A DNA stretch of 64,000 nucleotides. Source: Anaeramoeba ignava BMAN (Eukaryota; Protista; Anaeramoebae). Shown here in pieces: positions 1 to 10,714 of the stretch (the stretch's first letter is position 1; each line of letters starts with the position of its first letter). Made by a program: the position numbers and the translations under genes. The notes under the pieces were generated by a model. It worked only from the letters and a program-made list of their open reading frames with translations. It ran no database searches and had not been told where the DNA came from. The stretch spans positions 248,001-312,000 of the forward strand of contig JAPDFW010000071.1 of the NCBI GenBank assembly GCA_028826165.1. Direction: 5' to 3'.

Positions 1-1907
1 CTTCCATAAGAGTTTCGCAATTTTTAGAACATGAACAACAAAAATGCATCCTTAATATACCCAGCAGGGAATGGAAACCCTATAATTACTGGAGCTCAAA
101 TAAAAGATTTAGGGCATTGTCTCTCATATTGGATGACGAAAATAGAGACGGTTCTTGGTTTACTTATTCTTGGTCTCAAGGATTTTTTGCAACCCAAATT
201 GGAACGCATATTGTTTCTATTAAAGAATACAAAGTCTATAAAGAAAACCAAAAAGAAAATGACATCTCAAGAAAAAAGAGGATTAAAACAGAGCCCATTT
301 CGGACAGAGAAGTGCACGTTTCTGTCGATATTAAGAAAAAGGAATCGACATTTTACTTGATATTGAAAATGATTCACGAGTTTGATTTCCCTTATATCAT
401 CACAAATAACACTTCCCAGATGCTTCGGATTTCTCAGAGGAATTGCAAGCAAGAGAGGTTTATTCACCCGTTCACTTTTATTTACTACACATGGGAAAAT
501 CCACTGGAAGCGAAGCAAATCAATGTTTATTTGATGCAAACAAGCCTATCTTTTCGTTTTAACTTGAAAAAGAATATGAAAACAGAACCGTTCCAAATCA
601 TGAACAGCAGCACAAAATATTACTTTGAGGTTGTGCGTTCTCATCACACCACAGAATTGAAATTGGATACGATAACAAAAGAGAATCAGGAAATGTGCAA
701 CTTGGATGATCAAATTTTACAATCAGAACTTTGTCATTCTGCTGTTCTTGATTTTTTGCCAGGATTGGGTATTTCGATTGTTTCGAACAAGCGCGAAGAA
801 ATACTCTTTGGATTATTTGAAGGAATCACAGGAACAATCAATGTATCTCGCTCAAAAATACTTTTCCATTGGGAAATTCATGATTTCCAGGTTGATAACC
901 AGCTTTATTCTTCAAATTTCCCTGTTTTTATCAGTGAAGAAAAGCAAAACAATCACCATTTTTTAAGCTTTGATATTACCAAAAGTCGGCTTGAGGAAAG
1001 CATCCATTTGTTTCTTAATTTCGATTTGAAGATACAACCGATTTATATAATGGCTGATGAGGTTTTGCTTACCTCGTTGTTTTTGTTCTATAAAGAAATA
1101 GTGAGCCAATTAACTGGCTTTATGGGCTATTTTGAGCGGAAGTTTATTTCTCAGAAAAATTTCGAGTCTCATAAAGCCAAAACAAAGAAGATTATTGATG
1201 ATTTCCGATCTTATTCACGTCTCCGTTTTTGTTTCAAAAATTTCTCTATTGATCCTATTTATGCAATTATATCAACACGAATACAAGAACTTCGTTATCT
1301 TTCGATATTAACCAACGGAATTGGAAATATTGATGCAAAATGGGTTTTCGGAAGTTTTTCTTTTAGAGACCGATATTTAGATGAAGATTCCTTTTTAGAC
1401 GAAATCAAGATCCACTATTTGAATTATTTCAATGAATACTTAATATCTTTTCTGAATCGCGAACTAGTTACAAAACTGAATTTTTCAAATTATTCATTTG
1501 CTTTTTTTGGTGATGATTCTCCAATTACACAAAAAGTGAAAAAAAGATTACCAAGAAATTTTGGGCAAAATCAAGTTGTAATTCCTTATGATCCTGATTT
1601 AGCACTTGGCCAATTTCTTTTGTATTCGCAACTAAAAGGTGGTCAATTTGAGAAGGAGAATTGTATTTTGTTCATTAAAAGTGGGAAAAAAGCTTTAGTT
1701 TTTTCTGAAAACATTTTACTTTATGTTTCTGATTTTGAAGATCAGAAAAATATCAAAAGTTTTTTTATTCCTTTGAAAAAAGCAAGTTTAAATTTTGTTG
1801 AAAATGATTTGTTTGCTATTGTTTATGAAGAAAGTAAGATACAAGTTCAGATACAAGATTCTAAAACCATGGATAAAATTTTAGATCTCATTTCAAAAGT
1901 GGATTAA
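1..1907 (+). CDS. VPS13: VPS13-family lipid transfer protein, C-terminal part (VAB repeat, APT1-like region, PH-like end); 5'-partial
   Basis: Frame is open from position 3 to TAA at 1905-1907. Motifs PYIITNNT..LRISQ..YYTWENP (VAB), GLGISIVS..EEILF..FQVDNQL..FPVF, and RLPR..PYD..ALGQ.LL are typical of the VPS13 C-terminus. Confidence 0.85.
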   Translation, partial: SIRVSQFLEHEQQKCILNIPSREWKPYNYWSSNKRFRALSLILDDENRDGSWFTYSWSQGFFATQIGTHIVSIKEYKVYKENQKENDISRKKRIKTEPISDREVHVSVDIKKKESTFYLILKMIHEFDFPYIITNNTSQMLRISQRNCKQERFIHPFTFIYYTWENPLEAKQINVYLMQTSLSFRFNLKKNMKTEPFQIMNSSTKYYFEVVRSHHTTELKLDTITKENQEMCNLDDQILQSELCHSAVLDFLPGLGISIVSNKREEILFGLFEGITGTINVSRSKILFHWEIHDFQVDNQLYSSNFPVFISEEKQNNHHFLSFDITKSRLEESIHLFLNFDLKIQPIYIMADEVLLTSLFLFYKEIVSQLTGFMGYFERKFISQKNFESHKAKTKKIIDDFRSYSRLRFCFKNFSIDPIYAIISTRIQELRYLSILTNGIGNIDAKWVFGSFSFRDRYLDEDSFLDEIKIHYLNYFNEYLISFLNRELVTKLNFSNYSFAFFGDDSPITQKVKKRLPRNFGQNQVVIPYDPDLALGQFLLYSQLKGGQFEKENCILFIKSGKKALVFSENILLYVSDFEDQKNIKSFFIPLKKASLNFVENDLFAIVYEESKIQVQIQDSKTMDKILDLISKVD

Positions 1908-1929
1908 AAAAAATTTTTTTTTTATATAA

Positions 1930-2936
1930 AATTTAGAAATTTCTTTCATTTCTTTCATTTGATTTTATTTTTTAAATTTAGAACGATTTTTTTAATTTGA
2001 TTTTAAATTAGAATGATTTCTTTAAATTTGATTTAATTTCTTTAAAATTGATTTTATTTCTTTGAATTTGATTTAATTTCTTTAAAATTTGAATTTAATT
2101 TCTTTAAATTTAATTTATTTAAATTTAATTTCTTTAAATTTTATTTCTTTAAATTTAATTTAATTTCTTTAAATTTCGAATTAATTTCGTTTTAATTTAA
2201 TTTAATTTCTTTAAATTGATTTCTTTAAATTTGATTTAATTTCTTTAAATTTCTTTTAATTTGATTTAATTTCTTTTAAATTGATTTCTTTAAATTTGAT
2301 TTTTAATTTCTTTTAAATTTAAATTTAATTAATTTTTAAATTTCGAATTAATTTCTTTTAAATTGATTTCTTTTAATTTGAATTGATTTCTTTAAATTTA
2401 ATTTAATTTCTTTAAATTTCAATTTAATTTCTTTAAATTTAATTTCTTTAAATTTAATTTAATTTCTTTAAATTTAAATTAATTTCTTTAAATTTGATTT
2501 AATTTCTTTTAATTTCTTTAAATTTAATTTCTTTAAATTTGATTTAATTTCTTTAAATTTGAATTTAATTTCTTTAAATTTGATTTCTTTAAATTTAATT
2601 TCTTTAAATTTAAATTAATTTCTTTGAATTTGATTTAAATTTAATTTTTAATTTCTTTAAATTAATTTCTTTAAATTTTAAATTTAAATTTGATTTAATT
2701 TCTTTAAATTTGAATTTAATTTAATTTTAAATTTAAATTAATTTCTTTTAAATTTAATTTAATTTTAAATTTAATTTAATTTCTTTTAATTTAATTTAAT
2801 TTCTTTAAATTTGATTTTAAATTGATTTCTTTAAATTTGAATTTAATTTCTTTAAATTTGAATTAATTTGATTTTAAATTAATTTCTTTAAATTTAATTT
2901 CTTTAAATTAATTTCTTTAAATTTGAATTGATTTCT
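1930..2936. repeat. Degenerate AT-rich tandem array (core TTTAATTTCTTTAAAT) between convergent VPS13 and AMPK-beta stops
   Basis: About 1 kb of repeated atttctttaaattt variants, continuing into the AMPK-beta stop codon. Confidence 0.9.
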
Positions 2937-3743
2937 TTAAATTGGTTTGTACAAGACCGTTGTTACAAACTTTGACTTATATCTGTTTGTAGAACTATAA
3001 ATGACAACATCTTCTCGTGTGATTGAGTACAAATGATTTAAAATAACATGAGAAGGGATAGACATATGAGAAGGATCATCACCAGTATCAAGAGTAATTG
3101 GGGGATGATGCAACAATGGAGGAATTTTTGGGGGATAAGTTTGATAAGAAAGAATAGGAGGAACATGTTGAGAATATTCTCTTGGAGAAGATTTTTTGAG
3201 GGAGTTATTAGGCGAGAGCATCTCTTCATCGATAGTCTTTATCTCAGTAATATTCAACATTTCTCCATTTTCATCCATTGTAATTGGTTCATGATAAGAA
3301 ATCGCTGTTTCTCCATCCACAACATACACATACTTGTGTTGCCCCACAGGAAGGTTGAGTATGAGTGTGAAATCCGATTCGCTTTGACTCATTTTGATAG
3401 GTTCCCAGTTCGTAAAGCTTGCTTTGATTTTCACATTATTTCCCCCTCCCTTCCATCTAAAAACCGTTGGAACTAATACTTCAGGTGTTGTTTGTGGCTT
3501 CTTGTTTTTGTCCTTGCTCGTCCGTCTTTCTCGTGGTATCTGTTTGCTTTTTTCTTGTAAATTTTTTGCTTCTTGATTTTTTTTGTTTTTTTCTTTTTGT
3601 TTTTCTTTTTCTTTTTCATTTTGTTTTTCATTTTGTTTTTCTTTTTCTTTTTCTTTTTCTTTTTCTTTTTTTTTCTTTGTTTGTTTTTGTGATTCTTCTT
3701 CTAAAAAAGTTTCATAATCTCCTCGTGAATTTTTTTGTCCCAT
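2937..3743 (-). CDS. PRKAB: AMP-activated/SNF1 protein kinase beta subunit
   Basis: N-myristoylation start MGQKNS; CBM48 glycogen-binding module (PTVFRWKGGG..ASFTNWE..LPVGQHKYVYVVDG); C-terminal ASC domain (PPKIPPLL..PSHVILNHLY..RYKSKFVTTVLYKPI). Confidence 0.95.
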   Translation of the reverse strand: MGQKNSRGDYETFLEEESQKQTKKKKEKEKEKEKEKQNEKQNEKEKEKQKEKNKKNQEAKNLQEKSKQIPRERRTSKDKNKKPQTTPEVLVPTVFRWKGGGNNVKIKASFTNWEPIKMSQSESDFTLILNLPVGQHKYVYVVDGETAISYHEPITMDENGEMLNITEIKTIDEEMLSPNNSLKKSSPREYSQHVPPILSYQTYPPKIPPLLHHPPITLDTGDDPSHMSIPSHVILNHLYSITREDVVIYSSTNRYKSKFVTTVLYKPI

Positions 3744-3765
3744 AAATTTTTAAATTTTTAAATTT

Positions 3766-3805
3766 AAAAATGAAAAAAATGAAAAAAATGAAAAAAATGA
3801 AAAAA
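3766..3805 (-). promoter_or_regulatory. Tandem TCATTTTTT initiator-like array upstream of AMPK-beta ATG
   Basis: (tgaaaaaaa)x4 on + strand, which reads (tttttttca)n on the coding strand, about 25-60 nt before the ATG. The same pattern precedes most genes in the window. Confidence 0.5.
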
Positions 3806-3938
3806 TAAAAATAAATTTTTGGTTTTGTTTTGGTTTTGTTTTGGTTTTTTTTGATTTTCTTATTGGAAATTAAAAATGGAAAAAAGAAAGAAAATATTTT
3901 GTTCCACTTTTTTGTTTTTGATTATTTGAATTGATAAA

Positions 3939-5042
3939 TTAATCTTTATTTTCTTTATTCTCTTGATTTGTTATAATTGTTCTTTGTCTTCCAAACCATT
4001 TGAAATTTTGTTGATAAAAAGCTGCTGCTTTTTCAGGAGATACTGTGCAAATTCCATCTCCAGTCAAAAGTTCGAAACCAGCAAAAAAGGTAGTTCTTGG
4101 TAAAATTTCAATCATAAAATGGAAATTTTCAACATTTTTTGGTGCGTTTGAAAAAACAAGATTCCAAGGAGCATCCATTATAGCAAGACATTTCCATGCT
4201 TTTCTTAAAATATCTGCGAGATCTTCTTGCTCTTTTTGATTTAATTCACTAATTGATAGTTTTTTTGTTTTGGGAATAATACTGAGATGATAATTATAAA
4301 AAGAAGCATAAGGAGTAATAACAATGAAAGTATCATTTTCATAACAAAAACGTGGAGAATCTCTTTCCTTCTTAATAATTTCCAACAAAATATCTGGATT
4401 GTTCTTGAAAATCTCTACTTTTTGTTTCAAATCTGAAGGAACAAAATCAAGTGACATAATTTGAGAATGTGGATGATTTTTACTTGCCCCCGAATTAAGT
4501 CCATGATTTTTAAAAAGAACTACATATTGAATTTTTTCAGGTTTCATAAGTTCATTATATCTATTTATATAAGTTTGAACAATTCTTGTAACTTTTTGCA
4601 AAGAAAATTGAGCAGGTTTTTGATCATGTTTATTGGTTTCTACAATAATTTCATGTTGTCCATATGGATATTTGCGAAAATAAAAAGGATCTTCAATTTT
4701 AACTTGTTTTTCTTCAGATTCATTTTTTGGAATTCTGACACTTGGGAATTTATTATCAACTGATCTAATAATCCAAGGTTTTGTTTTGTCTTCTGGAAAT
4801 CTATATCTTTCAATCTCTTCAGGATTTTCATATCCAGGACAAAAAGGGCAAAATTCTTCTGGTTTTTTGATTTCTTTATCAATATCAAACTGGGAATCTT
4901 GAAAATCAAAGCTCTTCATTATATTCTTGATTTCAATTTGTCTTTTTTTTCGAGCTGTTACTAATATTGATGTGCGTCTTGTAAGAAGATCTTCTCGTAC
5001 TTCAAATTGTTCAATATCTTCAAAATTAGATGAATTAAACAT
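3939..5042 (-). CDS. galT: Galactose-1-phosphate uridylyltransferase (GalT/HIT superfamily), prokaryote-like, intronless
   Basis: Zn motif CPFCPG, NKFP, HEIIVET..H, FKNHG..SGAS..HPHSQ (catalytic HxHxQ), and C-terminal AGFEL.TG..I..VSPE.AA. Confidence 0.9.
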   Translation of the reverse strand: MFNSSNFEDIEQFEVREDLLTRRTSILVTARKKRQIEIKNIMKSFDFQDSQFDIDKEIKKPEEFCPFCPGYENPEEIERYRFPEDKTKPWIIRSVDNKFPSVRIPKNESEEKQVKIEDPFYFRKYPYGQHEIIVETNKHDQKPAQFSLQKVTRIVQTYINRYNELMKPEKIQYVVLFKNHGLNSGASKNHPHSQIMSLDFVPSDLKQKVEIFKNNPDILLEIIKKERDSPRFCYENDTFIVITPYASFYNYHLSIIPKTKKLSISELNQKEQEDLADILRKAWKCLAIMDAPWNLVFSNAPKNVENFHFMIEILPRTTFFAGFELLTGDGICTVSPEKAAAFYQQNFKWFGRQRTIITNQENKENKD

Positions 5043-5316
5043 TTGGAAAATAAAAATGAAAAATAATATCTTTTTTTTTTTCCTTTTTTTTAATTATCTT
5101 TTTTTTTCCTTTTTTATTAATTATTTTTTGCTTTTTTATTAATTATTTTTTGCTTTTTTTTTGTTTTGATTGATTTTTGTTCTCTTGAAAAAATAAAAAA
5201 GGGTAAAGAGGAAAAAATAAATATAAAAGTGGAATTTTTTAATTTTTTTATTTTTTTTAATTTTTTTATTTTTTTTTTTTCATTTTTTCATTTTTTCTTT
5301 CTTATTTTTAATAAAA

Positions 5317-8300
5317 ATGTCATTCACTTTAGCAAGAGTAAAATGGGTTTCATTTTTTTTAGTTTATTTTGGTGGAAAAAATCTTCCAAAAGATTATCAA
5401 CATTTTATTTATCAAGGTGCAGTTTTAGAACACATTTCAACTTTTTATCATAAAGTAACTCAAGCTTTTCCTCAAGCAACTCATTTTTATGAAGAAATAC
5501 CAGATCCAACAACAAATAACGATGATTTTACAGTTTCAGTTATTCAAGTAGAAAAACTACGCGATGTATTTGATATTAAATAAAATTTTTCTTTTAAAAA
5601 TTAAAAATTAAAAATTAAAAATTAAAAATTAAAAAATTTTTTTAGAGAAAATTTGGAGAAAGACCAAATATTTTGGAAAGAAATTTAATCGATTTATTAA
5701 ATACAAAATATCAAGGAAAAGAAGGATATTATCTTCCAATTGGATTTCCAAAAGAAAATGTTGATGCAAATGTTGAACCAAACAAATATTTAAATAAAAA
5801 ATTTCTTCAAAAATGTTTTTTTACCGAAAAAATGGATGTGAATTTTGCGTATGTTGTTGCAGAAGAGGTTATAAATGTCACAGGAATAATGAAAGCACAA
5901 GTAGATATGGAAGATTTGATTCGCGACTCTTTAAGAGTTGTTGAAAGAAATAATTCAAAACTTGCTGGAACAACAGCAATTGAAATGGATTTAACTGCAA
6001 TTAATAAGATTTTGAAGAAAAAAGGAATGTTTATTAAACAGGCCTTTTTAAGCTATGATTATTTGGTTAAGCATCCACAAGATTTTGAAAAAGTCCAAAA
6101 ACTTAGAAGAACATTGAAGTATTTGTTTGATATTTGCCAAAGAATATTAGTTTTGTATGAAAAAGCAAGTGAAATGCAACCATATGATGGAAACAAAGAA
6201 TTGAAAGAAAATTTTTTGAAATTAAGATCAGACATACTCGAAGATTATGTTGATATTTCTTCTCAATCTGTGATTTCTCAAGATATGCTTGATTTGTTTG
6301 AAGGGCAAATGAATTGTGATTGTTATTTTAATATTGGCACTAAACAATATGGAGCTCATAAATGTATTTTAGTTTCAAGACTTGGAGAAGAAAATTTCCA
6401 AAAAATTCCTTTTATAATTCCAAAATATTCTCCAAGTATTATTTTGAAATTTTTCAAATGGATTTACTCTGGTTTTTTGATGGATTTTGTTTTGGATGAT
6501 GAGCAAAATATTGATTTATCAAGAGATACACTTTTAGATCTTGAAAATTTATCCAGTGATAATGATTTAGATCTTGAAAATTTAGATCCTAGTTTTCTTT
6601 TTGATGGTAATAATGCAAACCAAGTTGAAGAAAATGAAAATGAAAATGAAAATGAAAATGAAAATGAAAATGAAAATCAAAATGAAAATGAAAATGAAAA
6701 TGAAAATGAAAAAGAAAATGAAAATGAAAATGAAAATGAAAATGAAAATGTAAATGAAAAAGAAAATCAAATTGAAAATGAAAAAGAAAATAAAAATCAA
6801 AATCAAAATCAAAATCAAAATCAAAATGAAAATCAAATTGAAAATGAAAATGAAATTGAAATTGAAAATCAAAATGAAAATCAAAATGAAAATCAAAATC
6901 AAAATCAAAATCAAAATCAAAATGAAAATCAAATTGAAAATCAAAATCAAAATCAAAATCAAAATCAAAATGAAATTGAAAATCAAAAAGAAAATCAAAT
7001 TCAAAAAGAAAATGAAATTGAAAATATTCAAGAAATTGAAAATCAAAATGAAAATCAAAATGAAAATCAAAATCAAAATCAAAATCAAAATGAAAATGAA
7101 AATGAAAATGAAAATGAAAATCAAAATGAAAATCAAAATGAAAATCAAAATCAAAATCAAAATCAAAATCAAAATGAAAATCAAAATGAAAATCAAATTG
7201 AAAATCAAAATCAAAATGAAAATCAAAATCAAAATGAAAATCAAAATCAAAATGAAAATGAAAAAGAAATTGAAACAAATGAAAATCAAATTGAAAATCA
7301 AATTCAAAATCAAAATCAAAATCAAAATGAAAATGAAAATGAAAATGAAAATGAAAATCAAAATGAAAATCAAAATGAAAATGAAAATCAAAATCAAAAT
7401 CAAAATCAAAATCAAAATGAAAATGAAATTGAAAATATCCAAGAAATTCAAAATGAAAATGAAAATGAAAATGAAAATGAAAATGAAAATCAAAATGAAA
7501 ATCAAAATGAAAATGAAATTGAAAATGAAAATCAAAATGAAAATCAAAATGAAAATGAAATTGAAAATCAAAATCAAAATCAAAATCAAAATCAAAATGA
7601 AAATGAAATTGAAAATATCCAAGAAATTCAAAATGAAAATGAAAATGAAAATCAAAATCAAAATGAAAATCAAAATGAAAATCAAAATGAAAATCAAAAT
7701 GAAAATCAAAATCAAAATGAAAATCAAAATCAAAATGAAAATGAAAATGAAAAAGAAAAAGAAAATGAAAATGAAAATGAAAATGAAAATGAAAAAGGAA
7801 ATGAAAATGAAAATCAAGGTGGAGTTTATCAAAAAACAGTAGACTCAAAAATTAAATCAATTTGCAATAAAAAACAAGTTAGAACAATAAACCCTTTCAC
7901 AAAACTAAAACAACTTCAATCACTTACAAAAGAATTTGGGATTGATCTTGCATTAAAAAGTGGAAGATCAGGACTTTTGAAAGATATTTCTAAATTATAT
8001 TATGATGATAGTTTAAAAGATTTCACAATAATTATTGAAAATGAAGAAATCAAAATCCACAAATCAATTTTGATTGCTAGAAGTGAATTATATAGTGCTT
8101 TATTTCAAAGCTTGCCGGATAATGCAAATATTATTCATGACCAATCACAAAAATCAAAAGAATCTATTAAAGCATTTATTCGATATTTATATTTTGATGA
8201 ACTTGATGAAGAAATGACAGAAGATGTATTAATTGAATTAGATGATGCAGGAGAATATTTCCAACTTAGAGGATCTTGTTATCTTGAAATATCAGAATTC

Positions 8301-10634
8301 TCTGAAAAAATAGCATTAAAGCAATTGCCTTTAATTCCTGAAGATGAAAGATTATCATTTTTTTTAATGAAAACAGGAATTCAAGAAAGAATAGACATAA
8401 GGAGAATTAAAGAAGAAGAAGAGAGAAAAAGACAAGAAGAAGAAAGAGAGAGACAAGAAAGAGAGAGACAAGAACGTATGAAAGATAATCAAGAAAATGA
8501 TACACTTGCTAATTTATTCTTAGAAATGTTGAGAAGTAGATATTTAGATTATTTGGAGAATGATGAAAACGAAAGTGATAATGAAAATGATAATGAAAAT
8601 GATAATGAAAACGAAAGTGATAATGAAAATGATAATGAAAATGATAATGAAAAAGATTCAAATACTTCAGATAATTCAGATAGTTCAGATAATTCAGATA
8701 GTTCAAATGAAAAAGATTTAAAAGAAAATTATTCAAATGAAACAGATACTTCAAATGATTCAGATACTTCAAATGAAACAGATACTTCAAATGATTCAGA
8801 TGAAAAAGATTTAAAAGAAAATTATTCAAATGAAACAGATACTTCAAATGATTCAGATGAAAAAGATTCAAATTATTTAAAAAAAGATTTAAGAGAAGAT
8901 GAGTTAAAATATTTAGAATATTTTTTAAATGAATTAAATGATGTAAATGAAAATGAGTTAAATGAAATAAATGATTTAAAAGAAAATGAATTAAATGAAT
9001 TAAATGAATTAAATGAATTAAACGAAAATGATTCAAAAGATTTAAATGAATTAAATGAAAATGAATTAAATGAAAATGAATCAAATGAATTAAATGAATT
9101 AAATGAATTAAATGAAAAATATTTAAATGAAGATAAGTTAAAATATTTAAATGATTTTTTCAATGAATTTTTTGGAAATGATGTAAACGAAAATGAATTA
9201 AAAGATTTAAATGGAAATGATGTAAACGAAAATGAATTAAAAGATTTAAATGGAAATGATGTAAACGAAAATGAATTAAAAGATTTAAAAGAAAATGATT
9301 TAAATGAATTAAAAGAAAATGATTTAAAAGAAAATGAATTAAAAGATTTAAAAGAAAATGAATTAAATGAAAATGATTTAAATGAATTAAATGAAAATGA
9401 ATTAAATGATTTAAATGAATTAAATGAATCAAATGAATTAAAAGATTTAAATGAAAATGAATTAAAAGATTTAAAAGAAAATGATTTAAATGAAAATGAT
9501 TTAAACGAAAATGAAATAAAAGATTTAAAAGATTTAAATGGATTAAATGATTTAAAAGAAAATGAATTAAATGATTCAAAAGATTTAAATGAATTAAATG
9601 AAAATGAATTAAATGAAATAAATGAATTAAATGATTTAAATGAAAATGAAATAAAAGATTTAAATGAATTAAATGAAAATGAAATAAAAGATTTAAATGA
9701 ATTAAATGAAAATGAATCAAATGAAAATGAATTAAATGAAATAAATGATTTAAACGAAATAAATGAATTAAATGATTTAAATGAAAATGAAATAAAAGAT
9801 TTAAAAGAATTAAATGAAAATGAATTAAATGAAATAAATGAATTAAATGATTTAAATGAAAATGAAATAAAAGATTTAAATGAATTAAATGAAAATGATT
9901 TAAATGAAAATGAAATAAAAGATTTAAATGAATTAAATGAAAATGATTTAAATGAAAATGAAATAAATGAAAAAGATTTAAATGAAAATGATTTAAATGA
10001 AAATGATTTAAATGAATTAAATGAAAATGAATTAAATGATTCAAAAGATTTAAATGAAAATGATTTAAATGAATCAAATGAATCAAATGAATTAAATAAA
10101 AATGAATTAAATGAAAATGAAATAAAAGATTTAAAAGATTCAAATGAATTAAATGATTCAAATGATTTAAAAGATTCAAATGAATTAAATGAATTAAATG
10201 AATTAAATGAAAATGAAATAAATGATTTAAATGAAAATGAATCAAATGAATCAAATGAATCAAATGAATCAAATGAATCAAATGATTTAAATAAATTAAA
10301 TGATTCAAAAGATTTAAAAGATTTAAAAGAAGATGAGTTAAAATATTTAGAATATTTTTTAAAATATTTAGAAGGAGATGAATCAAAGTATTTAGATGAA
10401 AATGAATTAAATGAATTAAATGAATTAAATGAAAATGAATTAAATGATTTAAATGAAAATGAAATAAATGAAAATGATTTAAATGAAAATGATTTAAATG
10501 AAAATGAAATAAAAGATTTAAAAGAAAATGAATTAAAAGATTTAAATGAATTAAATGAAAATGAATTAAATGATTCAAAAGATTTAAATGAATTAAATGA
10601 TTTAAATGATTTAAAAGAAAATGAAATGATTTAA
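5317..10634 (+). CDS. DOCK DHR2-like domain + tandem BTB domains with very long NE/NQ and NELN low-complexity tracts
   Basis: Exons 5317-5565 and 5646-10634 (phase-0 intron GTATTT..TTTAG, 5566-5645). N-terminus FFLVYFGGK..FIYQG..LEHIS..FP..VSVIQVE resembles DHR2 lobe B. BTB1 is CDCYF..YGAHKCILVSR; BTB2 is KDFTIII..IHKSILIARSELY. Confidence 0.7.
6632..7815 (+). repeat. Coding hexamer array (AAAATG/AAAATC)n encoding about 390 aa poly-NE/NQ
   Basis: Direct reading; in frame between the two BTB domains. Confidence 0.95.
8560..10630 (+). repeat. Coding degenerate repeat (AATGAATTA/AATGATTTA) encoding about 690 aa N/E/L/D-rich tail
   Basis: NELNE/NDLKE repeats, including a duplicated EDELKYLEYFL block at about 8896 and 10330. 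Confidence 0.9.
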
Positions 10635-10660
10635 ATTAATCAAAAAAAAATAATAAAAAA

Positions 10661-10704
10661 TTTTTTTTCATTTTTTTCATTTTTTTCATTTTTTTCATTT
10701 TTTT
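10661..10704 (+). promoter_or_regulatory. Tandem TCATTTTTT initiator-like array upstream of CTNNBL1 ATG
   Basis: ttttttttca tttttttca tttttttca tttttttca followed by aaaaATG at 10715. Confidence 0.5.
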
Positions 10705-10714
10705 AAATCTAAAA

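Noticed and set aside
6582-7848. Long poly-IL, poly-FD/FH and poly-KI/KM ORFs (also at 30301-31338, 32305-32829, 38662-39566, 44613-44798, 47154-47430, 50119-50911, 57286-58811, 62943-63992)
   Set aside because: They are alternative-frame or antisense readings of stop-free tandem repeats lying inside other genes, introns or intergenic arrays.
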